NCBI GenBank assembly: GCA_036261255.1
Contig: DATALD010000073.1
Location: forward strand, 12,653 to 76,652
Length of the DNA: 64,000 nucleotides
DNA from: Bacteroidales bacterium
GTDB taxonomy: Bacteria > Bacteroidota > Bacteroidia > Bacteroidales > VadinHA17
Direction of reading: 5' to 3'
Part shown: positions 9,217 to 19,947 of the stretch, piece by piece
How the letters are laid out: every line of letters begins with the position of its first letter
How positions within the stretch are numbered: the first letter of the stretch is position 1
Program-made: the position numbers and the translations under genes
Notes under the pieces: model-generated
Told to the model about the DNA's origin: nothing
What the model saw: only the letters and a program-made list of their open reading frames with translations
Databases searched by the model: none

Positions 9217-10047
9217 TTAAAGGTTAAGTGAGAACCTTTTGAAGTCCGTAACTGTAAGATCTTTTGAAACTGATTGAAGATACTGTTTGATAGTCATCTT
9301 GTTGTCTTTCACAAAATCCTGGTTGAGTAGCGTACTTTCCTTATAGAATTTTGTAAGTTTTCCCTGAGCTATCTTATCAAGCATTTCTTCAGGTTTGCCA
9401 TCGCGTTTTGCCTGTTCACGGCCAATTTCGAGTTCCTGATTGATTACATTCTGTGGAACTGAATCTTTATCAAGAGCTACCGGGTTCATGGCTGCAATCT
9501 GCATTGCAACATCCTTGTAAACCTGGAAATTGAGCCCTGATTTGTTAAAACCGGCGAGAGTAGCAAGCTTGTTACCCGGGTGAATATAAGGCTGAACATA
9601 TTCAGCTACAATTTTATCATAGTATGAAAGTTCAAGTTTTTCACCGATGATTCCAACATATTCAGTTATTTTGTCGGCAACCTTACCTCCTTCGAGAGTA
9701 AGTGACTTAAGTTCATCGAGATTAGCTGGTCTCTTCGCGATAGCAAGGTCGAGAATTTTGTTTGCAAGAGCAATAAAATCAGCATTCTTGGCTACGAAAT
9801 CAGTTTCACTGTTGAGCACAATAAGACAACCAAATTTATTGTCAGCTGAAACTTTTGAAAGAGCAACACCTTCAGTAGCTTCGCGGTCTGATCTTTTGTT
9901 TGCAACAGCCTGTCCTTTTTTACGGATTATCTCAATAGCTTTATCAAAATTGCCTTCTGCTTCCTCGAGAGCCTTTTTGCAGTCCATCATTCCTGCAAGC
10001 GTAACTCTTCTAAGTTTTGCAACATCGGCAGCGCTTATATTAGCCAT
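9217..10047 (-). CDS. tsf: Translation elongation factor Ts
   Basis: N-terminal UBA-like motif AADVAKLRRVTLAGMMDCKKALEEAEGNFDKAIEIIRKKG and a typical EF-Ts core. Confidence 0.95.
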   Translation of the reverse strand: MANISAADVAKLRRVTLAGMMDCKKALEEAEGNFDKAIEIIRKKGQAVANKRSDREATEGVALSKVSADNKFGCLIVLNSETDFVAKNADFIALANKILDLAIAKRPANLDELKSLTLEGGKVADKITEYVGIIGEKLELSYYDKIVAEYVQPYIHPGNKLATLAGFNKSGLNFQVYKDVAMQIAAMNPVALDKDSVPQNVINQELEIGREQAKRDGKPEEMLDKIAQGKLTKFYKESTLLNQDFVKDNKMTIKQYLQSVSKDLTVTDFKRFSLNL

Positions 10048-10077
10048 AATAATGTCTTTTAAAAGTTTATTTGTATC

Positions 10078-10950
10078 TCAGATTACTTCTTCTTCCTCTT
10101 CATCTGCTTCAAGAGCTGAATCAACCAGATCATCAGCTTCTTCGACTTCTTCCTCTTCTTCTTCAGCTATCCTGTCTTCGATAAGTGCTGCAGAAATATC
10201 TTTAGTATCGAAATCTCTTCTTTTTCTTTCTTTTGGCTGTTGAGGCTCTTTATCCTTATCAATTTTTCTTTCGCTAAGACCTTCTTCAATAGCCTGGCAG
10301 AGGATACCAATTATAAGTGAGATTGATTTTGAAGCATCGTCATTTGCAGGTATCGGGAAGTCGATATCAGAAGGATCTGAATTAGTATCGACCATTGCGA
10401 ATACAGGAATACCAAGTCTTTTTGCTTCTTTAACAGCTATCTGTTCTTTTGAAACGTCAACAATAAATAGCGCTGAAGGAAGTCTTGTGAGATCAACAAT
10501 GCTTCCGAGAGTTTTTTCAAGTTTGGCTCTTTGCCTTGTAATCTGAAGTCTCTCACGTTTTGAAAGATTCAGGAATGTGCCGTCGTTAGCCATCTTGTCG
10601 ATTGACGACATCTTCTTAACTGCTTTACGTATTGTCGGGAAGTTGGTCAGCATGCCGCCGGGCCAGCGCTCAACAACATAAGGCATGTTTACTGTTTTTA
10701 CTTTCTCAGCAACAATTTCTTTGGCCTGTTTCTTGGTAGCAACAAAGAGAACTTTCTTGCCTGATCTTGCGATCTGCTTCATTGCTGAAGCTGCCTCTTC
10801 TATCTTTTCAGCTGTTTTTTCGAGGTTAATGATGTGAATACCGTTGCGCTCCATGAAGATATAAGGAGCCATAGCAGGGTTCCACTTTCTTTTGAGGTGT
10901 CCGAAATGAACGCCTGCATCAAGTAATTCTTTAAAATTTGTTCTTGGCAT
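10078..10950 (-). CDS. rpsB: 30S ribosomal protein S2 with acidic C-terminal tail
   Basis: LLDAGVHFGHLKRKWNPAMAPYIF...GIHIINLEKT. The last ~45 residues are E/D-rich. Confidence 0.95.
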   Translation of the reverse strand: MPRTNFKELLDAGVHFGHLKRKWNPAMAPYIFMERNGIHIINLEKTAEKIEEAASAMKQIARSGKKVLFVATKKQAKEIVAEKVKTVNMPYVVERWPGGMLTNFPTIRKAVKKMSSIDKMANDGTFLNLSKRERLQITRQRAKLEKTLGSIVDLTRLPSALFIVDVSKEQIAVKEAKRLGIPVFAMVDTNSDPSDIDFPIPANDDASKSISLIIGILCQAIEEGLSERKIDKDKEPQQPKERKRRDFDTKDISAALIEDRIAEEEEEEVEEADDLVDSALEADEEEEEVI

Positions 10951-11060
10951 TTTATTATTTTTAAGTTTACATTCCTTTATTGATCAATCACAAGGTAGCT
11001 CCTCTCAGAAGTCCCTGCAATTTAGATACTAAACTTGCATCTGTAAAATATAGTGTAATA

Positions 11061-11447
11061 CTAACGTTTACTGAACTGGAACCTTCTGCGTGCTTTTGGC
11101 TGGCCTGGTTTCTTTCTTTCAACCTCACGAGGATCACGGGTTACAAAACCGTTGGCTTTCAGTACAGATTTGTTCTCGGCATCGACCTGAATTAAAGCCC
11201 TTGTTATACCAAGACGTAAAGCTTCGGCTTGTCCTTTAACACCACCACCATCAAGGTTAACGTTGATGTCATATTTGTCAGTTGCGTTTAGCGCCACAAG
11301 AGGCTGGGTAACGACATACTGAAGTGTTTCGGCTCCAAAATATTCTTTGAAATCCCTGCCGTTAATAGTAATCTTACCTTTTCCGTCACTTAAATATACC
11401 CGTGCAACTGCTGCTTTTCTTCTGCCAAGAGCATTGACTGCTTCCAT
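11061..11447 (-). CDS. rpsI: 30S ribosomal protein S9
   Basis: [12 protein letters not shown]...[19 protein letters not shown]...[23 protein letters not shown]. Confidence 0.95.
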   Translation of the reverse strand: MEAVNALGRRKAAVARVYLSDGKGKITINGRDFKEYFGAETLQYVVTQPLVALNATDKYDINVNLDGGGVKGQAEALRLGITRALIQVDAENKSVLKANGFVTRDPREVERKKPGQPKARRRFQFSKR

Positions 11448-11465
11448 ATCTGATTATATAATGTA

Positions 11466-11909
11466 TTAAAGTTCTATTTTCTTTGGTTTCTGTGCTTCGT
11501 GTGGATGCTCTGATCCGGCATACACATGAAGATTCCTGTAAAGAGCACTCCCAAGCCTGTTAGAGGGAAGCATTCCCTTTACAGCTTTTTCAACAAGAGC
11601 AATAGGATTTTTCTTCAATAGAGAATCGGCTGTCGTAAACCTCTGACCTCCGGGATAACCTGTATGACGGGTATATACCTTCTCCGACATCTTGTTACCG
11701 GTAAGTTCAACTTTCTCTGCATTGATAACTATGACATTGTCACCGCAATCAACATGAGGTGTGAATTCTGGCTTATGCTTGCCTCTCAGCATCATGGCAA
11801 CTTTGGTTGCAAGTCTTCCAAGAACCTGCCCTTCAGCATCAATTATAACCCACTCCTTGTTCACAGTAGCTTTATTCGCTGAAACTGTCTTATAGCTTAA
11901 GGTGTTCAC
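11466..11909 (-). CDS. rplM: 50S ribosomal protein L13
   Basis: WVIIDAEGQVLGRLATKVAMMLRGKHKPEFTPHVDCGDNVIVINAEKV. Confidence 0.95.
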   Translation of the reverse strand: MNTLSYKTVSANKATVNKEWVIIDAEGQVLGRLATKVAMMLRGKHKPEFTPHVDCGDNVIVINAEKVELTGNKMSEKVYTRHTGYPGGQRFTTADSLLKKNPIALVEKAVKGMLPSNRLGSALYRNLHVYAGSEHPHEAQKPKKIEL

Positions 11910-11967
11910 TTGTTATTGTTTTTAAATTGATATTCTTATCCTAATTGTACCCATATTTTAGGGTCTG

Positions 11968-11975
11968 CAAAAATA
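11968..11975 (-). promoter_or_regulatory. Candidate -7 box (TATTTTTG on minus strand) for the rplM-rpsI-rpsB-tsf block
   Basis: Plus-strand caaaaata is the reverse complement of TAnnTTTG, 59 bp upstream of the rplM ATG. No clear -33 TTTG was seen. Confidence 0.35.
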
Positions 11976-12228
11976 CAATATATTTCATAAAAAAAAAGAA
12001 TATCAGGGTATTTTCTTCTTAAATTTCGAATTATGAACACATAAACACTCCCCTTTGAACAATCCTGTCATGAGTTTTGATGATTGTCCTGTCTCTTTCT
12101 TTGAACATCTGCAAAATGCAAACGTACAAATATTTAAACTTATGCCAATGTCTGAGCTCAATATTTTATTTTTGCTGCTCTATAGAGAAAAATAATTGAG
12201 AAACAACCAGATAATCAGTATGTAAAAA

Positions 12229-12741
12229 ATGAACGGAGTAACTAAACTGGAAAGAGATTTTTATATCCGTGATGTTCTTATTGTTGCACCTGAACTACCG
12301 GGGAAAGACCTTTTAGTTAACACAGGGAATGCCACTGGCAGATTCATGATAACTGAAGTTGAGGCTTACCGGGGTAGTGAAGATAAGGCATGTCATGCCT
12401 GCAAGGGTCGAACTACCAGAACAGAAATAATGTATCACGAAGGAGGACATATTTATGTATATTTTATATACGGAATGTACTGGATGTTAAATATAGTTAC
12501 CGGCGAAGCAGGTAATCCCCAGGCAGTACTTATCAGGGGTGTTGTTCCATATACCGGACCGGGAAAACTGACTAAAGCTCTTGGAATTGACAGGTCTTTT
12601 TACGGCGAGGACCTTCCTGTTTCAGAAAGGATGTGGATAGAAGATTCGGGACGGCATCCTGTTATTAAAACAAGCCCGAGGATAGGTGTTGATTATTCAG
12701 GTGATTACTGGAAAAGCCGACCATGGAGATACTTTATCTGA
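12229..12741 (+). CDS. DNA-3-methyladenine glycosylase (AAG/Mpg family)
   Basis: ITEVEAYRGSEDKACHA...GRTTRTEIMYHEGGHIYVYFIYGMYWMLNIV...AVLIRG. Confidence 0.85.
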   Translation: MNGVTKLERDFYIRDVLIVAPELPGKDLLVNTGNATGRFMITEVEAYRGSEDKACHACKGRTTRTEIMYHEGGHIYVYFIYGMYWMLNIVTGEAGNPQAVLIRGVVPYTGPGKLTKALGIDRSFYGEDLPVSERMWIEDSGRHPVIKTSPRIGVDYSGDYWKSRPWRYFI

Positions 12742-13915
12742 AGCCACGGGTTTGTTTCCCCAGTTCAAATAATTTTGAAAAATCTAGATGCAGCGTAACT
12801 GCATAATCCATCCTTTCAAAATCTGTATCATAATACATATCAATCCCCAGGAGTAACTTCAGGTAATCGGCAGCAGGGTAGTCAAGACTGGCAGATCCGG
12901 TAATCAATTTCCTTGAGTGTACGATATAGTTTGAAGTAAAGTCAAATACGCTGGCGTATATCGCGTTTCCATTAGGTGCGAAAAAATCATGAGCATTCCA
13001 GTATGATGAGGATAATGAAATGATACCTTTCTTTGCATGAAGCCTTATCCAGGAAGCGTTCCCATTATGGAGCAGAAAGAATGGTTTTGAAGGGAATGCA
13101 CTGTTTATAAACCTGATATATTCAATACCTGTTTCAGCGAAGTCAAAATCGTAGTTTATCCTTATCCCTGTTGCCATGTTAAAAAAAGTTGTAACTGGTT
13201 CAGGATAATTGCTGATCTGACCGCCAAAGTGCTTGAACTGAACCTGGATAGGAACGACAACCTCAACCTGGTTTCTTATTAATGGACTTGTATATAAAAA
13301 TGATTCTCCGAATGTAAATACCTCTCTTTCATTTTCAGCCTTAAAAATATAATTTTCCCACCCCAACCACGCATCATTAAAAACGTGGTCAGTTTCTGTG
13401 GTAAGTTGAAAGCCATCCTCAACAAAATCATTATACAACCTCTCAAAATTAAAATGTGGATCGAACATTATATGTGAATCGCTACCTTTTGTTGATCCAA
13501 GCCTAAGAGTTGTATTTTCAGAGATCTTTAGAGATGAAGAGAAAACGGGCCTTACTTGTGCGAAGTTATTTTCGCTTGAATACTTTAAAAGGTGAATTCC
13601 CCCGTTAATTGATATCCTGTCTGAAGGGGAATATACAAGTTCGGGCTGAAAGAAGATTCCGGTAAGTGTATAACCTTCGATCCAGTCTGATTTATCGACA
13701 GGCCAGGGCAGACCCGTTGATATGACGAACCTGGATACACCAAGAGGATTAAAATATTCATTGTTTTTAATAAAGGCCATTGAACGAACTTCAACAAAAA
13801 AGTTATCAGCTATACTTTCAGATTCCTGGCCCCCCGCTTTTGCAGGCCACAGGTATAAACAAAAAAGGAACAGGGCCGCTAATCTCATAAATGCGTGTTT
13901 CAACAAAAATAACAT
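12734..13915 (-). CDS. Hypothetical secreted protein, possibly an outer-membrane beta-barrel
   Basis: Signal peptide (LFLFCLYLWPAKAGGQ). Aromatic-rich alternating pattern. No family recognised. 8-bp convergent overlap with the glycosylase gene. Confidence 0.4.
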   Translation of the reverse strand: MLFLLKHAFMRLAALFLFCLYLWPAKAGGQESESIADNFFVEVRSMAFIKNNEYFNPLGVSRFVISTGLPWPVDKSDWIEGYTLTGIFFQPELVYSPSDRISINGGIHLLKYSSENNFAQVRPVFSSSLKISENTTLRLGSTKGSDSHIMFDPHFNFERLYNDFVEDGFQLTTETDHVFNDAWLGWENYIFKAENEREVFTFGESFLYTSPLIRNQVEVVVPIQVQFKHFGGQISNYPEPVTTFFNMATGIRINYDFDFAETGIEYIRFINSAFPSKPFFLLHNGNASWIRLHAKKGIISLSSSYWNAHDFFAPNGNAIYASVFDFTSNYIVHSRKLITGSASLDYPAADYLKLLLGIDMYYDTDFERMDYAVTLHLDFSKLFELGKQTRGFR

Positions 13916-14017
13916 TATTTCTTTCAGTTAAATTGATGTTAAAGGGAATTACGGTCTGTGGCAAATGATTTATTTTTCCGTTATTTGTTGTTTGTTTCAA
14001 AGACAAACAAACAAGTT

Positions 14018-17000
14018 ATGAGTTTACTCAAAGGTAATTACCGCCGACTGAACAATTTAACGGGATGGCTGATGTTCGTTATTGCATCCTCAGTGTATTT
14101 AATTACTGCTGAACCAACAGTCAGCTTCTGGGATACAGGTGAGTTTATACTTTCAGCCTTCAGGCTACAGGTCGGTCATCCCCCTGGTGCACCTTTATTC
14201 CTGATGATGGGAAGGATTGCAACTCTGTTTGCCGGTGGTGATACCTCTAAAGTTGCATTCATGATGAACGCTCTTTCAGCATTATGCAGCGGCCTTGCAA
14301 TAATGTTTCTTTTCTGGACAATCACACACCTTGTCCGAAAGGTCTTCAGTCTATCAAATGATCCCGATCCGAAACATATCCCCGCAATAATTGCAAGTGG
14401 TATACTTGGATCGTTGACGTATACTTTCACAGATACTTTCTGGTTTTCTGCCGTTGAGGGAGAACTTTATGCTCTTTCATCTCTCATAATTGCAGTTGTG
14501 TTCTGGTGTATGCTTAAATGGGAGGAAGAAGCCGATGACGTTCGTTCTGGCCGATGGATAATCCTTGTCGCTTACATCATGGGTCTTGGACTTGGCATTC
14601 ACAGGCTTAACCTGCTTATTGTACCGATTTTTGTACTTGTTTATTATTTTAAGAAATATGAAGTTACATGGCAGGGTGTTACAAAAGCTTTACTGCTTGC
14701 TGTTTTCCTTCTTGGCAGTATTGTTTTTGTTCTTATACCAGGAGTACCGGAAGTGGCAGGTTGGTTTGAGCTGCTCTTTGTAAATACTTTTGGTCTCCCT
14801 TACAATAGCGGCCTTCTCTTTTATGTTGTTCTTATCTTTGCTGCTCTGGCTTTCGGTATATGGTATTCACTTAAGAAAAAGAAGACTATCCTCAACTATG
14901 TGTTTACCGGATTAACAGTGATGATGATAGGATACTCTTCTTATGCAATGATAATGATCAGGTCGTCGGCAAGGCCTCCAATGAACCAGAATAATCCTTC
15001 GGATGTATTTTCTCTTTCCTATTATATTAATATGAAACAATATGGGAGCGCCCCAAAAGTATTTGGGCAATATTATAGCGCTCCTGCAGTAGATGTAAAA
15101 GAACAAGTTCATGGGTATAATAAGGTAAATAGGAAATATGAACCCTTTTATCAACCTGTATATGAATATGATAATAATTTCCAGACAATTTTCCCAAGAA
15201 TGTACAGCGACGATCCGGCTCATATTGAAGCTTATGAGCATTGGGGAAAGGTCAGGGGACGAGAATATACAGTTGGAAATGAAAAAATAGTTGTCCCGAC
15301 TTTTGCAGAAAATCTGAGATTTTTTTTCAGATACCAGGTCGGATATATGTATATGAGATATTTCATGTGGAATTTTGTCGGCAGGCAAAATGATATACAG
15401 GGAAATGGGAACCCAATTTACGGTAACTGGATAAGTGGTATTAACTTCATTGATGAGATACGCCTTGGCGATCAGGATAATATTCCGGATGATCTGAAGA
15501 CAAACCGTGGAAGAAATGTTTATTTCTTCCTTCCATTTTTCTTTGGCCTTGCCGGAATGTACTGGCATTACAAAAAAAGCAGGAACGATTTCTGGCTTGT
15601 CGTTGGTTTTTTTATTATGACTGGTTTAGCAATAATACTGTACCTCAATCAGACCCCTAATCAACCAAGAGAGCGAGACTATGCGTATGTCGGTTCATTT
15701 TACGCCTTTGCAATATGGGTTGGGCTTGGGTTCATGTACTTTTATGACCTTTTAAAGAGCAAAAAAATTGCTCTTACTATTGTTTTTCCATTGATGATTC
15801 TCGCTTCACCTGTACTTATGGCAACTCAGAACTGGGATGATCACGACCGGTCGAACCGGTATACTGCAAGGGATATTGGAGCAAACTATCTGGAATCGTG
15901 CGATGAGAATTCGATTCTGTTTACCTACGGTGACAATGATTCATTTCCTGTCTGGTATGTTCAGGATGTTGAGCAGGTGCGTCCCGATATCCGTGTAGTC
16001 AACCTTAGTTATTTCCAGGCAGGCTGGTATATCTCGATGATGAGGCAGAAAGCATTTAAATCTGACCCGCTTCCGCTATCTCTTCCACAGGAAAAATACA
16101 GGGAAGGCCAGAGAGAACAGAATCCTGTTACAAACAGGATAAATAAACCAGTACCACTTAAAGACGTTGTTCAATTCGTGGCACAGGATGACAGGCAATA
16201 TAAACTGGATCTTACCGGCAGGAGTGACTATGTAAACTATCTTCCAACTGATAAGTTCATCGTTGCTGTCGACACCAATAAAGTGATTAACAATGGAACA
16301 GTGAAAGAGTATTTCAGGGATAGTATTGTATCGCCAATGATCTGGGAATATTCTGATGATTATGCTTTTAAAGGCGATGTGGCTATTATGGACCTTATTT
16401 CTACAAACGAATGGAACAGGCCCGTTTATTATTCATCAACAGTACCATCAGATCAATATAAAGGACTTGAAAAATTCTTTGTACAGGAAGGTCTTGCATA
16501 TCGTTTAGTCCCGATATCAACCGGCTCTAAAGAAAGAGGTGAATATGGCACAGTTGACCATGTTATTATGTATGACAACATGATGACCAAGTTTTCATGG
16601 GGCAATGCTGATGATCCTTTGGTGTACCTTGATGAAAACAACCGGCGGATGTTAAGCAATTTCAGGCGGCTGTTTGGAGACCTGGCTGTTAGCCTGGCCG
16701 AAAGAGGTGATACTGTAAAAGCCTTTGAAGCCGCAAAAAGAGGATTAGAAATAGTTCCAGAAGATAAAATTCCATACGATTACTTCACTACCGGCATTGT
16801 AGAAGGCCTGATTAAAGCAGGACATAAGGATGAGGCAAAAGCACTTATTGAAAAAATAGTTGCATATTCAAAAGAGTACCTTGATTACACAATTTCTCTT
16901 GGTCCTGATAGTTTTGGAATGGACACACCTATAGGGATGAATATGCAGGCACTCCTCGAGATCTATTACATGGCCGATGAACTTGGCCTTAAAGATATTT

Positions 17001-17056
17001 TTGACTCGCTTTCAACTGATATAAATTTCTATTATCCAAAACTTATCAAAAGATAA
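14018..17056 (+). CDS. DUF2723-type polytopic membrane protein (putative glycosyltransferase-like, TMEM260-like)
   Basis: The N-terminus YRRLNNLTGWLMFVIASSVYLITAEPTVSFWDTGEFI is typical of the family. It has many TM helices and a large C-terminal soluble domain. The track ORF begins at 13958, and I prefer the ATG at 14018. Confidence 0.75.
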   Translation: MSLLKGNYRRLNNLTGWLMFVIASSVYLITAEPTVSFWDTGEFILSAFRLQVGHPPGAPLFLMMGRIATLFAGGDTSKVAFMMNALSALCSGLAIMFLFWTITHLVRKVFSLSNDPDPKHIPAIIASGILGSLTYTFTDTFWFSAVEGELYALSSLIIAVVFWCMLKWEEEADDVRSGRWIILVAYIMGLGLGIHRLNLLIVPIFVLVYYFKKYEVTWQGVTKALLLAVFLLGSIVFVLIPGVPEVAGWFELLFVNTFGLPYNSGLLFYVVLIFAALAFGIWYSLKKKKTILNYVFTGLTVMMIGYSSYAMIMIRSSARPPMNQNNPSDVFSLSYYINMKQYGSAPKVFGQYYSAPAVDVKEQVHGYNKVNRKYEPFYQPVYEYDNNFQTIFPRMYSDDPAHIEAYEHWGKVRGREYTVGNEKIVVPTFAENLRFFFRYQVGYMYMRYFMWNFVGRQNDIQGNGNPIYGNWISGINFIDEIRLGDQDNIPDDLKTNRGRNVYFFLPFFFGLAGMYWHYKKSRNDFWLVVGFFIMTGLAIILYLNQTPNQPRERDYAYVGSFYAFAIWVGLGFMYFYDLLKSKKIALTIVFPLMILASPVLMATQNWDDHDRSNRYTARDIGANYLESCDENSILFTYGDNDSFPVWYVQDVEQVRPDIRVVNLSYFQAGWYISMMRQKAFKSDPLPLSLPQEKYREGQREQNPVTNRINKPVPLKDVVQFVAQDDRQYKLDLTGRSDYVNYLPTDKFIVAVDTNKVINNGTVKEYFRDSIVSPMIWEYSDDYAFKGDVAIMDLISTNEWNRPVYYSSTVPSDQYKGLEKFFVQEGLAYRLVPISTGSKERGEYGTVDHVIMYDNMMTKFSWGNADDPLVYLDENNRRMLSNFRRLFGDLAVSLAERGDTVKAFEAAKRGLEIVPEDKIPYDYFTTGIVEGLIKAGHKDEAKALIEKIVAYSKEYLDYTISLGPDSFGMDTPIGMNMQALLEIYYMADELGLKDIFDSLSTDINFYYPKLIKR

Positions 17057-17058
17057 CG

Positions 17059-17697
17059 ATGCGGCTTTTCAGGCCAATTCATGCTTTACAGTTTCTTTAT
17101 CCTGAAGTAATCTTCAGGATAAAGACTGACTGCAGACAGTTGTGCCTTACTTTCGATGACGGGCCTGATCCAGATTCGACACCCATGATTTTAAGCATCC
17201 TTAGGGAACATCATGTTAAAGCCATATTCTTTTGTAGTGGAGAACAATCAGAAAAATTCCCCGATCTTGTAACGGCTCTTAAGAATGAAGGGCATATAAT
17301 TGGCAATCATTGTTTCCACCATTCCGACGGATGGCGGACAAATCTCTGTGACTATATTAATAATGTTGAAAAGGCTTCATCATCGACTTCAGAGGTCCTT
17401 TTTCGCCCACCTTACGGGCATCTGACATTAACACAGTACAGGACATTAAAAAAGAAATACAGGATTGTTTTCTGGGATATAATGCCTTATGATTTCGATA
17501 AATCGTTCGGACCTGCAAATTGTCTCCGGATCCTTAAGAAAAAAACACGAAATGGTTCTGTTATCGTCATGCATGATAAACCTGGTTCATTGGTATTTGA
17601 TATTCTGAATGATTATATCAATTATGCTAATGATCTGGGGTTTGAATTTATTATTCCCGATTTGTTTATTCCCTCGAAAGAAAAGAAGCTGCTTTAG
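17059..17697 (+). CDS. Polysaccharide deacetylase (NodB homology) family protein
   Basis: LTFDDGPDPDSTP...KAIFFCSG...GHIIGNHCFHH...FRPPYG. Confidence 0.85.
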   Translation: MRLFRPIHALQFLYPEVIFRIKTDCRQLCLTFDDGPDPDSTPMILSILREHHVKAIFFCSGEQSEKFPDLVTALKNEGHIIGNHCFHHSDGWRTNLCDYINNVEKASSSTSEVLFRPPYGHLTLTQYRTLKKKYRIVFWDIMPYDFDKSFGPANCLRILKKKTRNGSVIVMHDKPGSLVFDILNDYINYANDLGFEFIIPDLFIPSKEKKLL

Positions 17698-18835
17698 TCA
17701 TTACCTTTTCGAAGCATGAGTTCACCTTTGATGCGTCTCCGTTAAGGAAGATTGGGAAAGGGTTTTCATGTGAATATTCATAAGGGAAGTCGGCAACTTC
17801 AACGTTCCTGTATTTGCCTCTGAAACACATTGTTTTAAGTATTCCTTCAATTGGAATAACTTTATCTTTCGTGAGAGAGAGTGAATGCATCTTCTCTTCA
17901 AGGTTATTAAAAACCTTTTGTCTGAAGGAGCTTAACCTTGAAAAATCTACCATCGATCTGAACGCAAGCCCAAGTTTATTTGAATTAAAAAAATCAAACA
18001 TGGGACTCTCCTTGCCAATACACGGCTCAAAATCACGCATGTAATATTTGTAAATTCTGTCAAATGCCCTTTTGTCCATGATAAGTTTTGACTCTCCATT
18101 CATATTGCTGAATACTGATCCTCCGCAAAACATAAATAACCTTGATTCGGTAAACAGATCGTCAGGATTGGCCATCATTATTATCTGTGAAAGAAATGCT
18201 CCTATCGAATAAGCAAAAATGTCAATTCTGCCACTTGAAGGAATAATCTCATTTTCATTATTTCTTATTGATTTTACAAGTTTGGATACATCGTAAACAG
18301 TTCTATGCCCTGAATAGAAGAACCTTAGAGGATCTTCGCTAAGCCTGTCACTTAGCGCCACATTGGCAAAGCTGAGCATTGAAATTTCCCCATAATTTGT
18401 TTTTCTTTCTGACATCACCGCCGACATCTTTCTCGGATCTTTCCATGCTTCAGGTGACCTGTTTATGTGGAAAGAAATCGGAAAGAGTATGACTTTACTA
18501 CCTGTCAGTTCACAAAGATAGTATGCCCATGTAAGATATTTAATCCAGCTTCTTTCGTTAAGTCCATGGAAAAGCAGGATCACATTATCGTTGCCAGAAA
18601 CTCCGGGTGAGAATACGGGATAGGTAAATGTTGTATTCTCCGGGAATATATCATCGTTTGAATTACTAAAACCATTCAGGGGCGGATCAGATTTGAATTC
18701 ACAGTTGTTTATTGTTATTTCTGAACCAGGTATATATATCTTCTTTGCATCTGTTGAAAAAAGAGTCTTTAGTTCGTTGTACCTGAGTGTATAATCCATC
18801 GTAACCATTTTCTGCAAATAACGCAGAACAATCAA
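17666..18835 (-). CDS. Alpha/beta-hydrolase-fold-like hypothetical protein
   Basis: LLFHGLNERS near the N-terminus and a nucleophile-elbow-like FAYSIGAF. The start codon is ambiguous (M1, M10 or M13). 32-bp convergent overlap with the deacetylase gene. Confidence 0.5.
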   Translation of the reverse strand: MIVLRYLQKMVTMDYTLRYNELKTLFSTDAKKIYIPGSEITINNCEFKSDPPLNGFSNSNDDIFPENTTFTYPVFSPGVSGNDNVILLFHGLNERSWIKYLTWAYYLCELTGSKVILFPISFHINRSPEAWKDPRKMSAVMSERKTNYGEISMLSFANVALSDRLSEDPLRFFYSGHRTVYDVSKLVKSIRNNENEIIPSSGRIDIFAYSIGAFLSQIIMMANPDDLFTESRLFMFCGGSVFSNMNGESKLIMDKRAFDRIYKYYMRDFEPCIGKESPMFDFFNSNKLGLAFRSMVDFSRLSSFRQKVFNNLEEKMHSLSLTKDKVIPIEGILKTMCFRGKYRNVEVADFPYEYSHENPFPIFLNGDASKVNSCFEKVMTKAASFLSRE

Positions 18836-19025
18836 TAGGGTTAAAAACTATGTGTCTGGGAAGGGGTGCAAGTGATGTAATCTGATAATATGGGATCGAA
18901 TTTCAAAATCAGTGACGAAATCATACCTGTTTTTCCCGGGCTTCAAATGAGAAAATATCTCTTAAGAGGTACTATTTTCGAATAAATCTGAAATTTGACT
19001 AATTTTATTCCATCAATTACCCACT

Positions 19026-19892
19026 ATGATAAAGTTCGACATACCTCTTCCAAAATATCATAATGAAAAGAAGAATATTGTCAGGCTTATCCTGTTCACT
19101 TCAGTGTTTGCCCTTGTTTTTATAAATATATACGCACCATTTGGTGCAGATCGCTGGTTTAATGTTACAGAATTCCAGTTTTTCACTTACTCGAGCTTAA
19201 CTATCCTTACAGGAGTTCTTGTTGTTGTTATAAGCAGGATAATAATGTACATGTATTGCCGGAAAAATACATTGCTCATCTGGCAGTTCATCCTGTGGGT
19301 ACTTGCTGAAATATTATCAATGGCCCTGTTCTATTCACTTTTCGAGAAAATTGTTTTATTTGATCCAAGGCCTGTGTCGGAGATATTTAAAATATCTACA
19401 AGGAACACAGCTCTTGTTCTGCTTCTTCCTTATGCGATTTCATGGTTATGGCTTTCATGGCATGACAAAAAGGAACAACTGGCAAGAATGAGCGGAAGCA
19501 AAGATGGCATGACCCTGACTGATATGGTTCCATTTTATGATGATAAACAGACCCTTAAATTTTCTGTAAAGAGGGAGAATATTTTGTATTTTGAATCGGC
19601 GGAGAATTACGTAAACATATATTACCTGAATAATAATAAAGTATCGAAATATCTGCTTCGGGAGACCCTTAAGAAAATGGAAGAGAACCTTGCAGGCTCA
19701 AATATTATTCGCTGTCACAGGTGTTATATTGTAAATTTCGATAAGGTGAGGGTAATCAGGAGAGATAAGGATGGATTGAAGCTTGAGCTTGATGTTCCGG
19801 GAGGTACTGATATACCTGTTTCGAAAACTTACATTGGCTCTGTAATGCAGACATTTACAACGCATCTTAAAACGAATGACAGTTTAAATTGA
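19026..19892 (+). CDS. Membrane-anchored LytTR-domain DNA-binding protein
   Basis: Four predicted TM helices, then a LytTR pattern: ILYFESAENYVNIYYLNNNKVSKYLLRETLKKMEENL...IIRCHRCYIVNFDKV. Confidence 0.8.
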   Translation: MIKFDIPLPKYHNEKKNIVRLILFTSVFALVFINIYAPFGADRWFNVTEFQFFTYSSLTILTGVLVVVISRIIMYMYCRKNTLLIWQFILWVLAEILSMALFYSLFEKIVLFDPRPVSEIFKISTRNTALVLLLPYAISWLWLSWHDKKEQLARMSGSKDGMTLTDMVPFYDDKQTLKFSVKRENILYFESAENYVNIYYLNNNKVSKYLLRETLKKMEENLAGSNIIRCHRCYIVNFDKVRVIRRDKDGLKLELDVPGGTDIPVSKTYIGSVMQTFTTHLKTNDSLN

Positions 19893-19947
19893 TTTCTGTA
19901 AAGTTTTCGGAATGAAATCTTACTTTTGAGGACCAATTTTTATTAAA

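Noticed and set aside
9647-10243. 198-aa plus-strand ORF, Ser/Ala/Leu-rich
   Set aside because: It is antisense to tsf and the acidic tail of rpsB. It has low complexity (poly-Ser from GAA/GAG-rich sense codons) and overlaps two well-supported genes.
13958-14017. 20-codon N-terminal extension of the DUF2723 ORF
   Set aside because: The internal ATG at 14018 gives the family-typical N-terminus (…YRRLNNLTGW…). The extension has no signal or TM character.
14912-15568. 218-aa minus-strand ORF
   Set aside because: It is antisense within the DUF2723 membrane-protein gene. Its Ile/Ser-rich composition is typical of shadow ORFs in AT-rich DNA.
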